DNA of 64,000 nucleotides from Candidatus Omnitrophota bacterium. Lineage in GTDB: Bacteria > Omnitrophota > Gorgyraeia > Zapsychrales > Fredricksoniimonadaceae. The stretch's first letter is position 1. Each line of letters begins with the position of its first letter. The notes beneath the pieces are model-generated. The model made no database searches, had not been told where the DNA came from, and worked only from the letters and a program-made list of their open reading frames with translations. Location: contig JADFXH010000007.1 in NCBI GenBank assembly GCA_015233675.1, positions 44,162 through 108,161 of the forward strand, given 5' to 3'. A program made the translations under genes and the position numbers. Positions 38,134 to 46,381 of this stretch are shown here, piece by piece.

Positions 38134-39123
38134 CTATTCTACCTCGCTTAAGCCCGCCAGGAGGCATCCTCTTGCGGTCGCGTACAACGGCTCATCGGCA
38201 AGCCTTACAGTATTGATCGGTATGGGGAAAGACAATTTCTTTAATTCTTCCTTAAAGACATCAACAAACCCGCCGATCATTGAGGAGCCTCCGGCACACA
38301 CAATATCAATGGGTTCCGGGAATTGCGGCATCTGTTCGGCTTTCTCAAATTTATTCTTGATATTGACCAGCGTATAATTAATCAGATTGCGATAATAGAT
38401 ACAGACCGCTTCTTCTTCGCGATTGGCGGGCTTGTTAATATTGATCCCTTTTTCCTTGATGGCGGTCGCCCGGTTGACCTTGATACCGAGAACTTGGGCC
38501 ACATTCTTGTCGATCCAGTCACCCGCTCGGCTCGTCGCAAAACTGATGGCAGGGATCGTCTTATAAGCAACACAAATATTAAACATACCGCCGCCGGCAG
38601 AAATACCGATACCGGTAAAATCCTTGTCTCCTAATTCCGCAAACACCACCGCATGGCCCTCATTCATGGGCTTACCGGTATATCCTAAATTCTTAAGCGC
38701 CCCGGCAATTACGCTTGAGTGGTAAACAATATTGAAGTTCGCATCAACAGGGTCAGCGGGAACGGAATAATAACAAAGCTGTCCTTTTTCATCAGGTTTT
38801 CCAAGGACCGCGTCGATCAAAAGCCCAAAAATGGGAACCGCATCCGCTTCACCGGGACTCATGACGCCATCCTGCATAGGCCGGCGCACGGTTTTATTCA
38901 TGATATTAGCAAGCTCAAAAGCAGAATCACCGAGGATATAAACCTTATTACCCATTTCGGCATATTGTACTTTTTGCTTTTTCAGCATGCTCTTGGTAAA
39001 CGAATTCGCTTCAATATCCAAGAACGTATGGCGCATCAGCTTCAACTTGATCTTGCCGTCTGCTCCCTGTTCAGAGCCAACCAGGTTCATTGTTCCGACG
39101 TCTAATCCCTTAACTTTTCCCAT
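38134..39123 (-). CDS. actin-like ATPase (MamK/Mad28/MreB superfamily)
   Basis: The start was moved to the ATG at 39121-39123 (AGGAG 8 nt upstream). Motifs are VKGLDVGTMNLV, RRPMQDGVM, FTGIGISAGGGMFNI and IVCAGGSSMIGGF. The track extension to 39186 covers a hairpin. Confidence 0.7.
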   Translation of the reverse strand: MGKVKGLDVGTMNLVGSEQGADGKIKLKLMRHTFLDIEANSFTKSMLKKQKVQYAEMGNKVYILGDSAFELANIMNKTVRRPMQDGVMSPGEADAVPIFGLLIDAVLGKPDEKGQLCYYSVPADPVDANFNIVYHSSVIAGALKNLGYTGKPMNEGHAVVFAELGDKDFTGIGISAGGGMFNICVAYKTIPAISFATSRAGDWIDKNVAQVLGIKVNRATAIKEKGININKPANREEEAVCIYYRNLINYTLVNIKNKFEKAEQMPQFPEPIDIVCAGGSSMIGGFVDVFKEELKKLSFPIPINTVRLADEPLYATARGCLLAGLSEVE

Positions 39124-39158
39124 ACGAAAAACTCCTTTTTTAACGCCCCCACCTAAGC

Positions 39159-39176
39159 GCCTGCCTGCTGGCAGGC
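39159..39176. repeat. intercistronic GC hairpin
   Basis: GCCTGCC-TGCT-GGCAGGC, a 7-bp stem with a 4-nt loop, lies between the coiled-coil gene stop (39211) and the actin-like gene start (39123). Confidence 0.5.
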
Positions 39177-39210
39177 TTCTCCCCATCAGTGAGGAGGAAT
39201 AATAGGATTC

Positions 39211-40023
39211 CTATTTATGTTTAGCTTTATAGTAATGTTCTCTGGCACGAGCCCTGGTATCAGCAAGCATCAGACGAATCTCATCAAGGCTCTCCTTGCT
39301 GCGCTCAAGTTCACGGCTGGCCTGGTCTCTTTCAGCAATGATACTGCCAAGTTGGGTTTCCGCCGCATCAAGTTTCCCTGAAATGGATTCTTTCTCATCC
39401 TCCAAAAGCGAAACCTGATGGTGCAGGCTCTGGATCGTCTTGTTAGCGCTCGAAAGCTCAAGCTCAATTTGTTCGATCCTGGTATCACGGGCTTCGCACT
39501 CTTTCTCAAGAGCCGCCATCTTGTTTGTCTGGTCCTTGATGACTGCTTCCCTGCCCTCAAGTTCTTCTTCCACAGACTTCATTTTTCCGACTGACTCAAG
39601 CCGTTCATTTTCAAGAAACTCGAGCTCGGAATTAAGCTCTTCCTGAGAAACCAGCAAACCTTTCATCTCTTTTAACTTTGCCTCGGCGATGGCCGCCTTT
39701 TCTTCCGCCTTTTGGCAACGCTCTTTTAAATTATTAATATCCTTTTCCTGGGCATCCTTAAGACTAAATGAAGCATCCAACTGCTTCTCTAGGTCTCCAA
39801 TGATTTCAAAAACGCTGACCTTCTCCTCCTCGGGAGACATGATATATTTTGTCGAATCCTTAATCTGCCTGACCGCAGAACGGATGGCCGCCTTTGATTC
39901 TGAGGACGTCGTTGCCGGCCTTTGGATCGCTGGCTTTATTGTTGACTGAAGAAGCGGATTATCTATGAGCTTGCTTTTTCTTGAATCCATGCCCCTGTTA
40001 GCTAACTTTTCTTGTTTTTCCAT
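39211..40023 (-). CDS. coiled-coil protein (cluster-specific)
   Basis: 270 aa, of which about 190 residues are E/K/L/Q-rich heptad sequence. Strong RBS AAGGAGA lies 6 nt before the ATG at 40023. It overlaps the ParA-like gene end by 26 nt. Confidence 0.55.
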   Translation of the reverse strand: MEKQEKLANRGMDSRKSKLIDNPLLQSTIKPAIQRPATTSSESKAAIRSAVRQIKDSTKYIMSPEEEKVSVFEIIGDLEKQLDASFSLKDAQEKDINNLKERCQKAEEKAAIAEAKLKEMKGLLVSQEELNSELEFLENERLESVGKMKSVEEELEGREAVIKDQTNKMAALEKECEARDTRIEQIELELSSANKTIQSLHHQVSLLEDEKESISGKLDAAETQLGSIIAERDQASRELERSKESLDEIRLMLADTRARAREHYYKAKHK

Positions 40024-40759
40024 TCAGGATCTCCTTTGCTAATTGACGGTAAGCCTCCGCCCCTTTGGAAGTCTTGTCATACTTATATATAGGAAGGTGG
40101 GCATTATGGGCTTCTTCTATCTTGATATTCTCCGGGATCACGGCCTTAAAAACCTTCTTGCCAAAATAATTCCTGATGGCGTCACGAGCCTCATTGGTCA
40201 CAACACGCTCGCGGTATCGGGTGATCACGACCCCGGTTATCTCAATATCGGAACCAAGTCCATGGCGGACATTCTCAACAATTTCTTCTAAAAGCTTGAT
40301 CCCTTTCAGGGAAAAAAATTCAGGGCAAATAGGCACAACAAGTTCATGACAAGCCGTCAGGGCATTGACAGTCAAAAGCCCCAAAGACGGCGGAGCGTCA
40401 ACAATCATAAAATCATACTTGAGCTTCTGCGTATAATGGTACAGCACTTTTTCGCGGCCGATATGCTCGTTAATCCGCAAAGTGGCGCCTGAGAGTTCAA
40501 TATCACTAGGCACGACGTCAATCCCAAAAGCATCGGAATGCTGGACGACGGTACGGATATCCATCTTATCGACAATGACATTATAAATATTAAATTCAAA
40601 ACGCTGGTTACCGAAGATGGCCGCCGTGGAAGAATACTGAGGGTCCATGTCAATTAAAATAACCTTTTTACCCGCCCGCGCAAGTTCAGCGGCCAGATTC
40701 AATGAAGTTGTGGTCTTGGCAACGCCGCCTTTTTGATTAGCGACACAGATTTTTCTCAT
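39998..40759 (-). CDS. ParA/MinD-family P-loop ATPase
   Basis: Deviant Walker A ANQKGGVAKTTTS with the signature lysine, IDMDPQ, and Walker B-like FMIVDAPPSLG. Confidence 0.85.
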   Translation of the reverse strand: MRKICVANQKGGVAKTTTSLNLAAELARAGKKVILIDMDPQYSSTAAIFGNQRFEFNIYNVIVDKMDIRTVVQHSDAFGIDVVPSDIELSGATLRINEHIGREKVLYHYTQKLKYDFMIVDAPPSLGLLTVNALTACHELVVPICPEFFSLKGIKLLEEIVENVRHGLGSDIEITGVVITRYRERVVTNEARDAIRNYFGKKVFKAVIPENIKIEEAHNAHLPIYKYDKTSKGAEAYRQLAKEILNGKTRKVS

Positions 40760-40763
40760 GGAT

Positions 40764-41066
40764 TCACTCTGACTTTCCTGATTCTAATAAAGCAGTTGCA
40801 TCACTAAACAAAGCGCCTATCTGAAAACATACGCTATTTAAAAATCCTTTGCGTGAAGAACTCTCGGCCTTAGAACTTTTGATAACTGTTTTATATTCCG
40901 GTTTCGTAACTGCAGAACTCGGCACTTCGACAACGTCCTGCTGTAAAGCGCGGACTTTCTTTATCCGGGAAACGGTCTTCCTGATAGGAAGCGACGATGC
41001 GCCCTTGACTGCAACCGCCTTTGACTTGGCAGGACTCTTTTTTTGTTTCTTCTTAGCCTGTGGCAA
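40764..41066 (-). CDS. small highly basic protein (Lys-rich N-terminus)
   Basis: 100 aa beginning MPQAKKKQKKSPAKSKAVAVKG. It lies 4 nt upstream of the ParA-like gene. Confidence 0.45.
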   Translation of the reverse strand: MPQAKKKQKKSPAKSKAVAVKGASSLPIRKTVSRIKKVRALQQDVVEVPSSAVTKPEYKTVIKSSKAESSSRKGFLNSVCFQIGALFSDATALLESGKSE

Positions 41067-41078
41067 AGCTTCTCCTTA

Positions 41079-41267
41079 TTAGCCCTTCGCGTAACCCTCG
41101 TAGAAGGATTCTTTCGCATCAGTTAAGATCGAAGTCATCTTTTCGCCGGCCCCATCGATTGATCCCTTGACCTTTTTGATGAAGTCAGGATTTTTCTTTT
41201 CCAATATCTTGTAACCAACAACACCGACAAAAACCACGGCCACTGCCGCTAATAAACCTTTAAACAT
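41079..41267 (-). CDS. small single-TM protein with amphipathic tail
   Basis: 62 aa. The N-terminal TM is LLAAVAVVFVGVVGY, followed by a charged helix. Confidence 0.4.
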   Translation of the reverse strand: MFKGLLAAVAVVFVGVVGYKILEKKNPDFIKKVKGSIDGAGEKMTSILTDAKESFYEGYAKG

Positions 41268-41269
41268 AG

Positions 41270-42304
41270 CTACCCCCTTGTTAAGTTTCGTTTAAATTTT
41301 GTCTGATTCTCTCGCCACCAGAACCTCCAAGACTCAATAGCGTCTTCCTTATCCCTTTTCGTGGACTTGGCTTTAAAGCCAAAATCCTCACCCGTTATTT
41401 TCTTTAATGATGCCGCAGCCGTTAACTGGACATCGCTTTCAGGATCTGCCAAAAGCGTAATAAGCCCTGATATAGCTTGTGGCACCTTCAGAGCACCGGA
41501 AATCTGGCTTGCGGCCTTTCTGACACCGGAATCCGGATCATGCAAAGCATTAACAGCATAAATCACGCATTTATCGCCAAAGCTCCAGCAAAGGCAATTT
41601 AAAATCTGCCTGCGCACCTCAGGGTCTTTATCTTTTATGAAAGAAACTAAAATATTAAAGCCTTCATCATCGTGATATTTGGAGATAGCCCGCAGGGCTG
41701 CCAGACGTATGCCTGTATCCTGGTGGTGAATGAATTTCTTGAATACATCTTTAGAAGTGGTTGCCTCTTCGCTGATAAATGCCAAGGCATTTAATAATTC
41801 AATGATCTGCAAAGTGTCTTGCTCGCGGGAAAGCAGATCTTCAAGCATCGCGGTTGCTGTGGCCCCCGAAAGCTTCTTGATCTGGCGCAAGGCCTGCATC
41901 CGTATGGCCCTGCTGGGCGACTGGAGGTCCCTAAAATATATTTCCACCTCGACCTCTTCGGTCTTGTTGGCATATGCCATATCTTTCATTGCGACCATAC
42001 GATTAGCAGGCTTCTTCGGGGCAACAGGCTCTGGAGTTATTCTCTCTAAAACAGCCGGAGGCGCTTCTGCCAGAGGCGATTCTTCCGTAGCTACCAAGGG
42101 AGCTGTTGGGATAATCACCGGCGACGGAGCTTGAGGCTGGACAACAGGAATAGGCATGGACACAGAGGACTTTGGAAAACTCTGACGTGGCATACTCTTG
42201 CCAAATGTAAAAAGATAGTTAAATTCTTTTTCCACGCCTTTGACCGCAGCTCCAAGAAAATGAGCCAAATTGTTCTGACCACCCGACGGAATTTTTGTTT
42301 GCAT
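41270..42304 (-). CDS. HEAT-repeat (PBS-lyase type) protein
   Basis: The C-terminal 200 aa contain repeats SPSRAIRMQALRQI, HQDTGIRLAALRAI, DKDPEVRRQILNCL, DPDSGVRKAASQI and DPESDVQLTAAASL. The N-terminus is proline-rich. Confidence 0.7.
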   Translation of the reverse strand: MQTKIPSGGQNNLAHFLGAAVKGVEKEFNYLFTFGKSMPRQSFPKSSVSMPIPVVQPQAPSPVIIPTAPLVATEESPLAEAPPAVLERITPEPVAPKKPANRMVAMKDMAYANKTEEVEVEIYFRDLQSPSRAIRMQALRQIKKLSGATATAMLEDLLSREQDTLQIIELLNALAFISEEATTSKDVFKKFIHHQDTGIRLAALRAISKYHDDEGFNILVSFIKDKDPEVRRQILNCLCWSFGDKCVIYAVNALHDPDSGVRKAASQISGALKVPQAISGLITLLADPESDVQLTAAASLKKITGEDFGFKAKSTKRDKEDAIESWRFWWRENQTKFKRNLTRG

Positions 42305-42356
42305 AAAATATTACCTGTCAAGTAAAGGTTGCCCCTGAACATTAAATTGCTTTTTT

Positions 42357-42384
42357 ATTATAAAGTCGTGAAAATAAAAAGCAA
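42357..42384 (-). promoter_or_regulatory. candidate internal sigma70-type promoter (TTGCTT-16 nt-TATAAT)
   Basis: On the minus strand, TTGCTT (42379-42384) and TATAAT (42357-42362) are separated by a 16-nt spacer. The site is in an AT-rich 99-nt gap about 50 nt upstream of the ATG at 42304. Confidence 0.3.
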
Positions 42385-42403
42385 GAAATTATAAAAAAAT
42401 AAA

Positions 42404-42589
42404 TCAAATGTCTTTTGACTTTTTTAGCAAGTCTTCCTTCTTCTGTTTGACATAATCAATGAGTCCTGTTAAACGCTCAACTTCCAGCTCAAGGTCCTTG
42501 CTGTGGCCGCCGTATGTAAATACGATCCTGTGGTCCCTGTGCCATTCGTAAAATTGCCTGCCCAGAGCTTGAAAACAGCGTTTATCCAT
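42404..42589 (-). CDS. small hypothetical protein
   Basis: 61 aa counted from the ATG at 42589 (MDKRCFQALGRQFYEWH...). No family was recognised and coding status is uncertain. Confidence 0.25.
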   Translation of the reverse strand: MDKRCFQALGRQFYEWHRDHRIVFTYGGHSKDLELEVERLTGLIDYVKQKKEDLLKKSKDI

Positions 42590-42634
42590 ATGCTTGACAC
42601 TCCATGCGGGCCGACACAAAATCGGCCCCTACAA

Positions 42635-42979
42635 TCAACCAATCAACATTTTTAAAGCCCGGCTTACAGCAGCGGAAGCTTTGCCCGCGCTGTATGCGCC
42701 CACTGCGATAAAATCCCGCGGCTTCACATCTTTAAGATCAGACTTAAACTGACGGCTAACACCCTTGAACATCAAAATTGTTTCATCCGTGATCTTTTTG
42801 CCCTTAAGGCCCTTAAGCTTGCTGTCCTCATCCAGGATAATATCCGCAACGCGCTGGGCGCTTTCTGATACGTTATGACCAATGCCAGCCACGGACTTTT
42901 TGATAATAGCGGCCTTGCGGCCCACATCTTTAGCCTCTATGACCTTTTTAATCTTTTTTTTCTTCGTCGAACTTGGCAT
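42635..42979 (-). CDS. small basic hypothetical protein (cluster-specific)
   Basis: The start was moved to the ATG at 42977-42979 (MPSSTKKKKIKK...), 1 nt after the stop of the upstream 565-aa gene. The track extension overlaps that gene. Confidence 0.45.
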   Translation of the reverse strand: MPSSTKKKKIKKVIEAKDVGRKAAIIKKSVAGIGHNVSESAQRVADIILDEDSKLKGLKGKKITDETILMFKGVSRQFKSDLKDVKPRDFIAVGAYSAGKASAAVSRALKMLIG

Positions 42980-42980
42980 A

Positions 42981-44678
42981 TTATTTCCGTCTTTTATTTT
43001 CCGCTGGCAAAACCGCTTTCTGCCCGAGCTTGTTGCCGGCAGCACTCTCCCTTTGTAAATCACGCAAGAGACGAGGTTTGGTATAACTTTCTTTAGCGAT
43101 CGCCTTCCAAACCCGCGCCTGCCGCTTGCGCTCAGGAAGAGGCGCTGAATAATCATACCCCTTATCTGTCCCGGTTATTGCCATAAGGGCTTCAATAGTT
43201 TCTTTACAAACCTTAATATTAACTGATTCTAGTTTCGGGACTAAAGTCACAAAGGCAAAATGGTTCGCCATAATCCCAAGCTTGCGAATCGCCAAACGAG
43301 CAACTCCTTCATCGCTATCACCGGAAAGACGCGCAATGGCCTCTGCTTCGGGACCACCGGCCCTGTGATCGAGATGGTTGACGATAAAACGTCTGATATG
43401 AGCATCAGGATCCCTGATAGCGGACACGATAACATGCTTTGCTTCCTCGGAGCCGAGCTTAACGAGCCCCATCATCCCCTGCAGCCGAAGCGAAGAATTC
43501 TCATCATTGATAAAGCGACGATAAACATCGACCATGGTCGGATAGTCCAGCGTGCCCAAAAGTGAAATGAGCTTCCTTTGAAAAAAAATATCCGCTTCAC
43601 GGGTGAGTTCATAAAGAAAAGGGACCGCCCTTTTAGGAGCATTACGAAAAAGAGTATGTAAGACCGCGAGCTTATCATCATCCGAAGTGCTCTCATTTCC
43701 CAGTTTGCGTGAGGCGGTCTCCAACAGGCCGTAGTCTCCCTGGTCCTCGAGCTCTTCGTCATTTCCGTTCTCAACGACTTCCTGTTGTTCGGACAAAACT
43801 TCTTCTTGTGTTTCACCAGAAACTTCTTCGGCGAGATCTTCCGGATATTCCGGTAGCGGCACAGGAGGTTCCAACGGCTGGGTGACAGGACGGAAAGATC
43901 CCTGACGGTCAATACGCGCCAGCTCAAGGTCTTTTTCATAGACATCGTTGATATTTTTAAAAAGGACGATGACCTCGTCGATAAGGTCATCCACACGCCT
44001 GGTCGTCTCGTTGACTTCCAGCCTAATCTGCTCAAGGAAAGACTCTTCAGCCTTCCACATGGCAACCTCGGGATTGTCCGCAAAAAATTTCTTTTTATTT
44101 TCCATAATACGTTTGATCTCCTCCCGCTTCTGGGCCATCAAAAAAGTAATCTTTTGGATCTTTTCATCCACAGCGGCCTGATAAGCCGCAGTCCTCTCGC
44201 CAGTAGTGTGCATAAGACCCGCAGAAAGACAATCACTCAAATCCTTCTGGACATCGAGGATCTTATTTTCGGCCACACGCAACGCAACATTAAGCTTAGT
44301 GTATGGCTCAAATTGCCCCCGCCGGGATATCCCGGATGGGCGCTGTTCTTGACTAACAGGCGCTGGCGCAAAAGAAACATCAGCCTCTCCCACACAGTTA
44401 ATCGGCAGGGATTCTGAAACTTTGAATTTTGGCAATGGCTCGGACTTAGCTACCGATAAAGGCTCCCGCTTCTCTTTTCTGTCAGAAATCTTTTCTGCGA
44501 CAACATCCCTGATAAGCCGCTTGGCTACAACCGTTAATTTAGGATTATCCGGTTCAAAATAATAAGCAATAGCCCCTGCCTGAATATTCTCATAAAGCAG
44601 CCTGCCGAAGGTGATGAATAAAGAATCAGCCTGTTTTTCGCATTCCTGAAGAAATTCACGTGTATTTTTTGTTGGCAT
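42981..44678 (-). CDS. coiled-coil plus HEAT-repeat protein
   Basis: 565 aa. Contains a helical N-terminal half, an acidic linker (EEVSGETQEEVLSEQQEVVENGNDEELEDQ), and HEAT units DENSSLRLQGMMGL, DPDAHIRRFIVNHL and DSDEGVARLAIRKL. Its start overlaps the upstream stop in a TAATG arrangement. Confidence 0.65.
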   Translation of the reverse strand: MPTKNTREFLQECEKQADSLFITFGRLLYENIQAGAIAYYFEPDNPKLTVVAKRLIRDVVAEKISDRKEKREPLSVAKSEPLPKFKVSESLPINCVGEADVSFAPAPVSQEQRPSGISRRGQFEPYTKLNVALRVAENKILDVQKDLSDCLSAGLMHTTGERTAAYQAAVDEKIQKITFLMAQKREEIKRIMENKKKFFADNPEVAMWKAEESFLEQIRLEVNETTRRVDDLIDEVIVLFKNINDVYEKDLELARIDRQGSFRPVTQPLEPPVPLPEYPEDLAEEVSGETQEEVLSEQQEVVENGNDEELEDQGDYGLLETASRKLGNESTSDDDKLAVLHTLFRNAPKRAVPFLYELTREADIFFQRKLISLLGTLDYPTMVDVYRRFINDENSSLRLQGMMGLVKLGSEEAKHVIVSAIRDPDAHIRRFIVNHLDHRAGGPEAEAIARLSGDSDEGVARLAIRKLGIMANHFAFVTLVPKLESVNIKVCKETIEALMAITGTDKGYDYSAPLPERKRQARVWKAIAKESYTKPRLLRDLQRESAAGNKLGQKAVLPAENKRRK

Positions 44679-45169
44679 TATACTTCCGCAACATCCTTGG
44701 TGACATTTTCAATTTCTTTTTCAAGATCAAGATTAACCGGCGCTTTTTTTTCGATCTGAGCCTTACTTTTAGTTTTTCTGACAGGACTTTTAGCGTTGGT
44801 CTTCTTACCCACGACTTTCTTTTTATGCGCAACAGGGACTTCAATAACAGCCTCTTTTTTCTGCAGGGTTGTTTTCTTGGATGAGCTCTGGAGGTGTCCT
44901 TCACCGACAGAATCCATCCCAGCCTTAAAAGACGCCCTTATTTCCCGCGTGCTTTTCTCAACGGTATCGGTCACCTGGCCCAATACAACCTCAGCCTTCT
45001 CACCAAAGGATTCACAAATATCCTGAGTTGCCACGACCATGCTTTTCAAAGGCTTCTTTTCTGCTACCTGGCCTAACTCCACAACCTTTTTGCAAAGAAA
45101 CCCCGTCTTGTACGAAAGGGTCTTTAAGAGCCCTATTATTTCATCTTTCTTACCTTTTTCTTTTACCAT
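44678..45169 (-). CDS. Lys-rich hypothetical protein (cluster-specific)
   Basis: 163 aa. It overlaps the upstream gene by 20 nt. No family was recognised. Confidence 0.45.
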   Translation of the reverse strand: MVKEKGKKDEIIGLLKTLSYKTGFLCKKVVELGQVAEKKPLKSMVVATQDICESFGEKAEVVLGQVTDTVEKSTREIRASFKAGMDSVGEGHLQSSSKKTTLQKKEAVIEVPVAHKKKVVGKKTNAKSPVRKTKSKAQIEKKAPVNLDLEKEIENVTKDVAEV

Positions 45170-46271
45170 AATTTTTATTCCTTTTTCTTTCGGGCATGAG
45201 CTTTTCTAATGCCTTCTCAGCCGCTTTTTTAACGTCTTGCTCTTTATCAGAAAGCAAATTCTTGACTACGGTCAGCGCTCCCTCGGGTTTAACGATTGAC
45301 AACATCTCCAGCAAACTTATACGGACATAAGGATTAGTGTCTTCCCAAGCTGTAATTGCCTTCTTAACACCTTCCTTGCCATAATAAATCCCCAAATAGG
45401 TCACGGCAAGCCCGCGGATATGCTCGTCACTGTCACTCAACAGGCCATCGAGAATCTTACGGTTCCTGTCACTCACATGACTGCCGAGCCCCTTGACCGC
45501 CGCTGTCCTGACCTTGGCATCAGCGTCATTCATGCCCAAGTCAAAGAATCCTTCAGCTTCGCCTTGTTTCATCCGTGATACATTCTTGATAACAGCAAGG
45601 CGGACCAGGCTGCTCTCATCCTTCATCGCAAATTCGTAAACCTGGTGCAGGATATCTTTCGGGGTAATATGGGCGATCTGGCCGATAGCGACCTCGCGTT
45701 CACGCTGGGTGCCCATTGAAAGCTGATTGATATTCTTTTCAAAAAGCCTCCTGTCCGCATCACAATTGAAACTGGCCGTCTCCAAAAGCCGGGTTAAAGT
45801 GTCATCCGGCCTGATCCTCTCCTCAACAAACGGAGAGCTCGCTGAACTTTCTTCCTCAACGGCTTTATTAACCTCAGATTCGACAGTACTCGTTTCTTCA
45901 AGCTCAATTTCGTCTTCTACTACGGCCTCTTGCTGGATCTCACCTTCATCTTCCTTTTCATCTTCTACTGCAGATTCCGCTTCAAGCTCATCTTCAACCT
46001 CATCTTCAATCTCATCTTCCTCTTGATAGACGGCTGTGTCATCCTCTGACTCTTCCTCATCTTCATCCTCAAGCTCCTCAATCTTCGTTATCCTTTCATC
46101 CAGATAATCCAAAAGCCTCGTAATCTTTTCAATCTCTTGTTCTTTTGGGCGGTCTTCAGATGCAAAACCAAAACTTATCTCTTTAGATTTATAAAGTTTA
46201 TAAACCGCTTCGCCGAACAAAAAGATCAACTTTCTCTGTTTAGACTTAAGTTCTTGCAGATGTTGATCCAT
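45150..46271 (-). CDS. acidic-domain plus HEAT-repeat protein
   Basis: RBS AGGAGAG lies 7 nt before the ATG. Residues ~65-150 are extremely Glu/Asp-rich (EELEDEDEEESEDD...EDEIEDEVEDELEAES...). The C-terminal HEAT units are DADAKVRTAAVKGL, DSDEHIRGLAVTYL, DTNPYVRISLLEML and DKEQDVKKAAEKAL. Confidence 0.65.
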   Translation of the reverse strand: MDQHLQELKSKQRKLIFLFGEAVYKLYKSKEISFGFASEDRPKEQEIEKITRLLDYLDERITKIEELEDEDEEESEDDTAVYQEEDEIEDEVEDELEAESAVEDEKEDEGEIQQEAVVEDEIELEETSTVESEVNKAVEEESSASSPFVEERIRPDDTLTRLLETASFNCDADRRLFEKNINQLSMGTQREREVAIGQIAHITPKDILHQVYEFAMKDESSLVRLAVIKNVSRMKQGEAEGFFDLGMNDADAKVRTAAVKGLGSHVSDRNRKILDGLLSDSDEHIRGLAVTYLGIYYGKEGVKKAITAWEDTNPYVRISLLEMLSIVKPEGALTVVKNLLSDKEQDVKKAAEKALEKLMPERKRNKNYGKRKR

Positions 46272-46334
46272 GAATTTTCTCTCCTAATTGTTAATTACAC
46301 CGTACTTGTTTAGCGTTCAGAAAAACTCAACAAG

Positions 46335-46360
46335 GTCATCCTGAGCCTGAAGAGCTAAGA
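46335..46360. repeat. GTCAT-type palindromic-unit repeat, single arm
   Basis: GTCATCCTGAGCCTGAAGAGCTAAGA lies in the 110-nt gap between the DtxR-like gene and the acidic HEAT gene. Confidence 0.5.
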
Positions 46361-46381
46361 ATAATAGATAATTATATAATA

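Noticed and set aside
38134-39123. Naming this ORF mamK outright
   Set aside because: The actin-fold motifs are clear, but by eye the sequence is no closer to canonical MamK than to Mad28 or MreB-like proteins, and a paralogue sits next to it. The gene symbol was left empty pending phylogeny.
39124-39186. N-terminal extensions offered by the ORF track (also 50846-50938, 61539-61568, 42980-43156, 51258-51305, 51814-51831, 13891-13926 and 21942-21956)
   Set aside because: The extensions read through hairpin repeats or overlap the preceding gene. Internal ATG codons with good Shine-Dalgarno sequences and sensible N-termini (signal peptides or TM anchors) are available, and some track starts are TTG or GTG.
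43472-44083. 203-aa minus-strand ORF in an alternative frame of the 565-aa HEAT gene (likewise 60464-61081 inside the NifX-magnetochrome gene)
   Set aside because: These ORFs are on the same strand but out of frame with longer ORFs that carry recognisable repeats and motifs. Their Arg/Ser/Trp-rich composition is typical of off-frame translation.
46272-46381. Intrinsic terminator after the DtxR-like gene
   Set aside because: The best hairpin (CTCAGG...TTGAG followed by TTTTT on the minus strand) has only 4-5 bp. That is too weak to call, and the gap is better explained by a GTCAT-type repeat unit.
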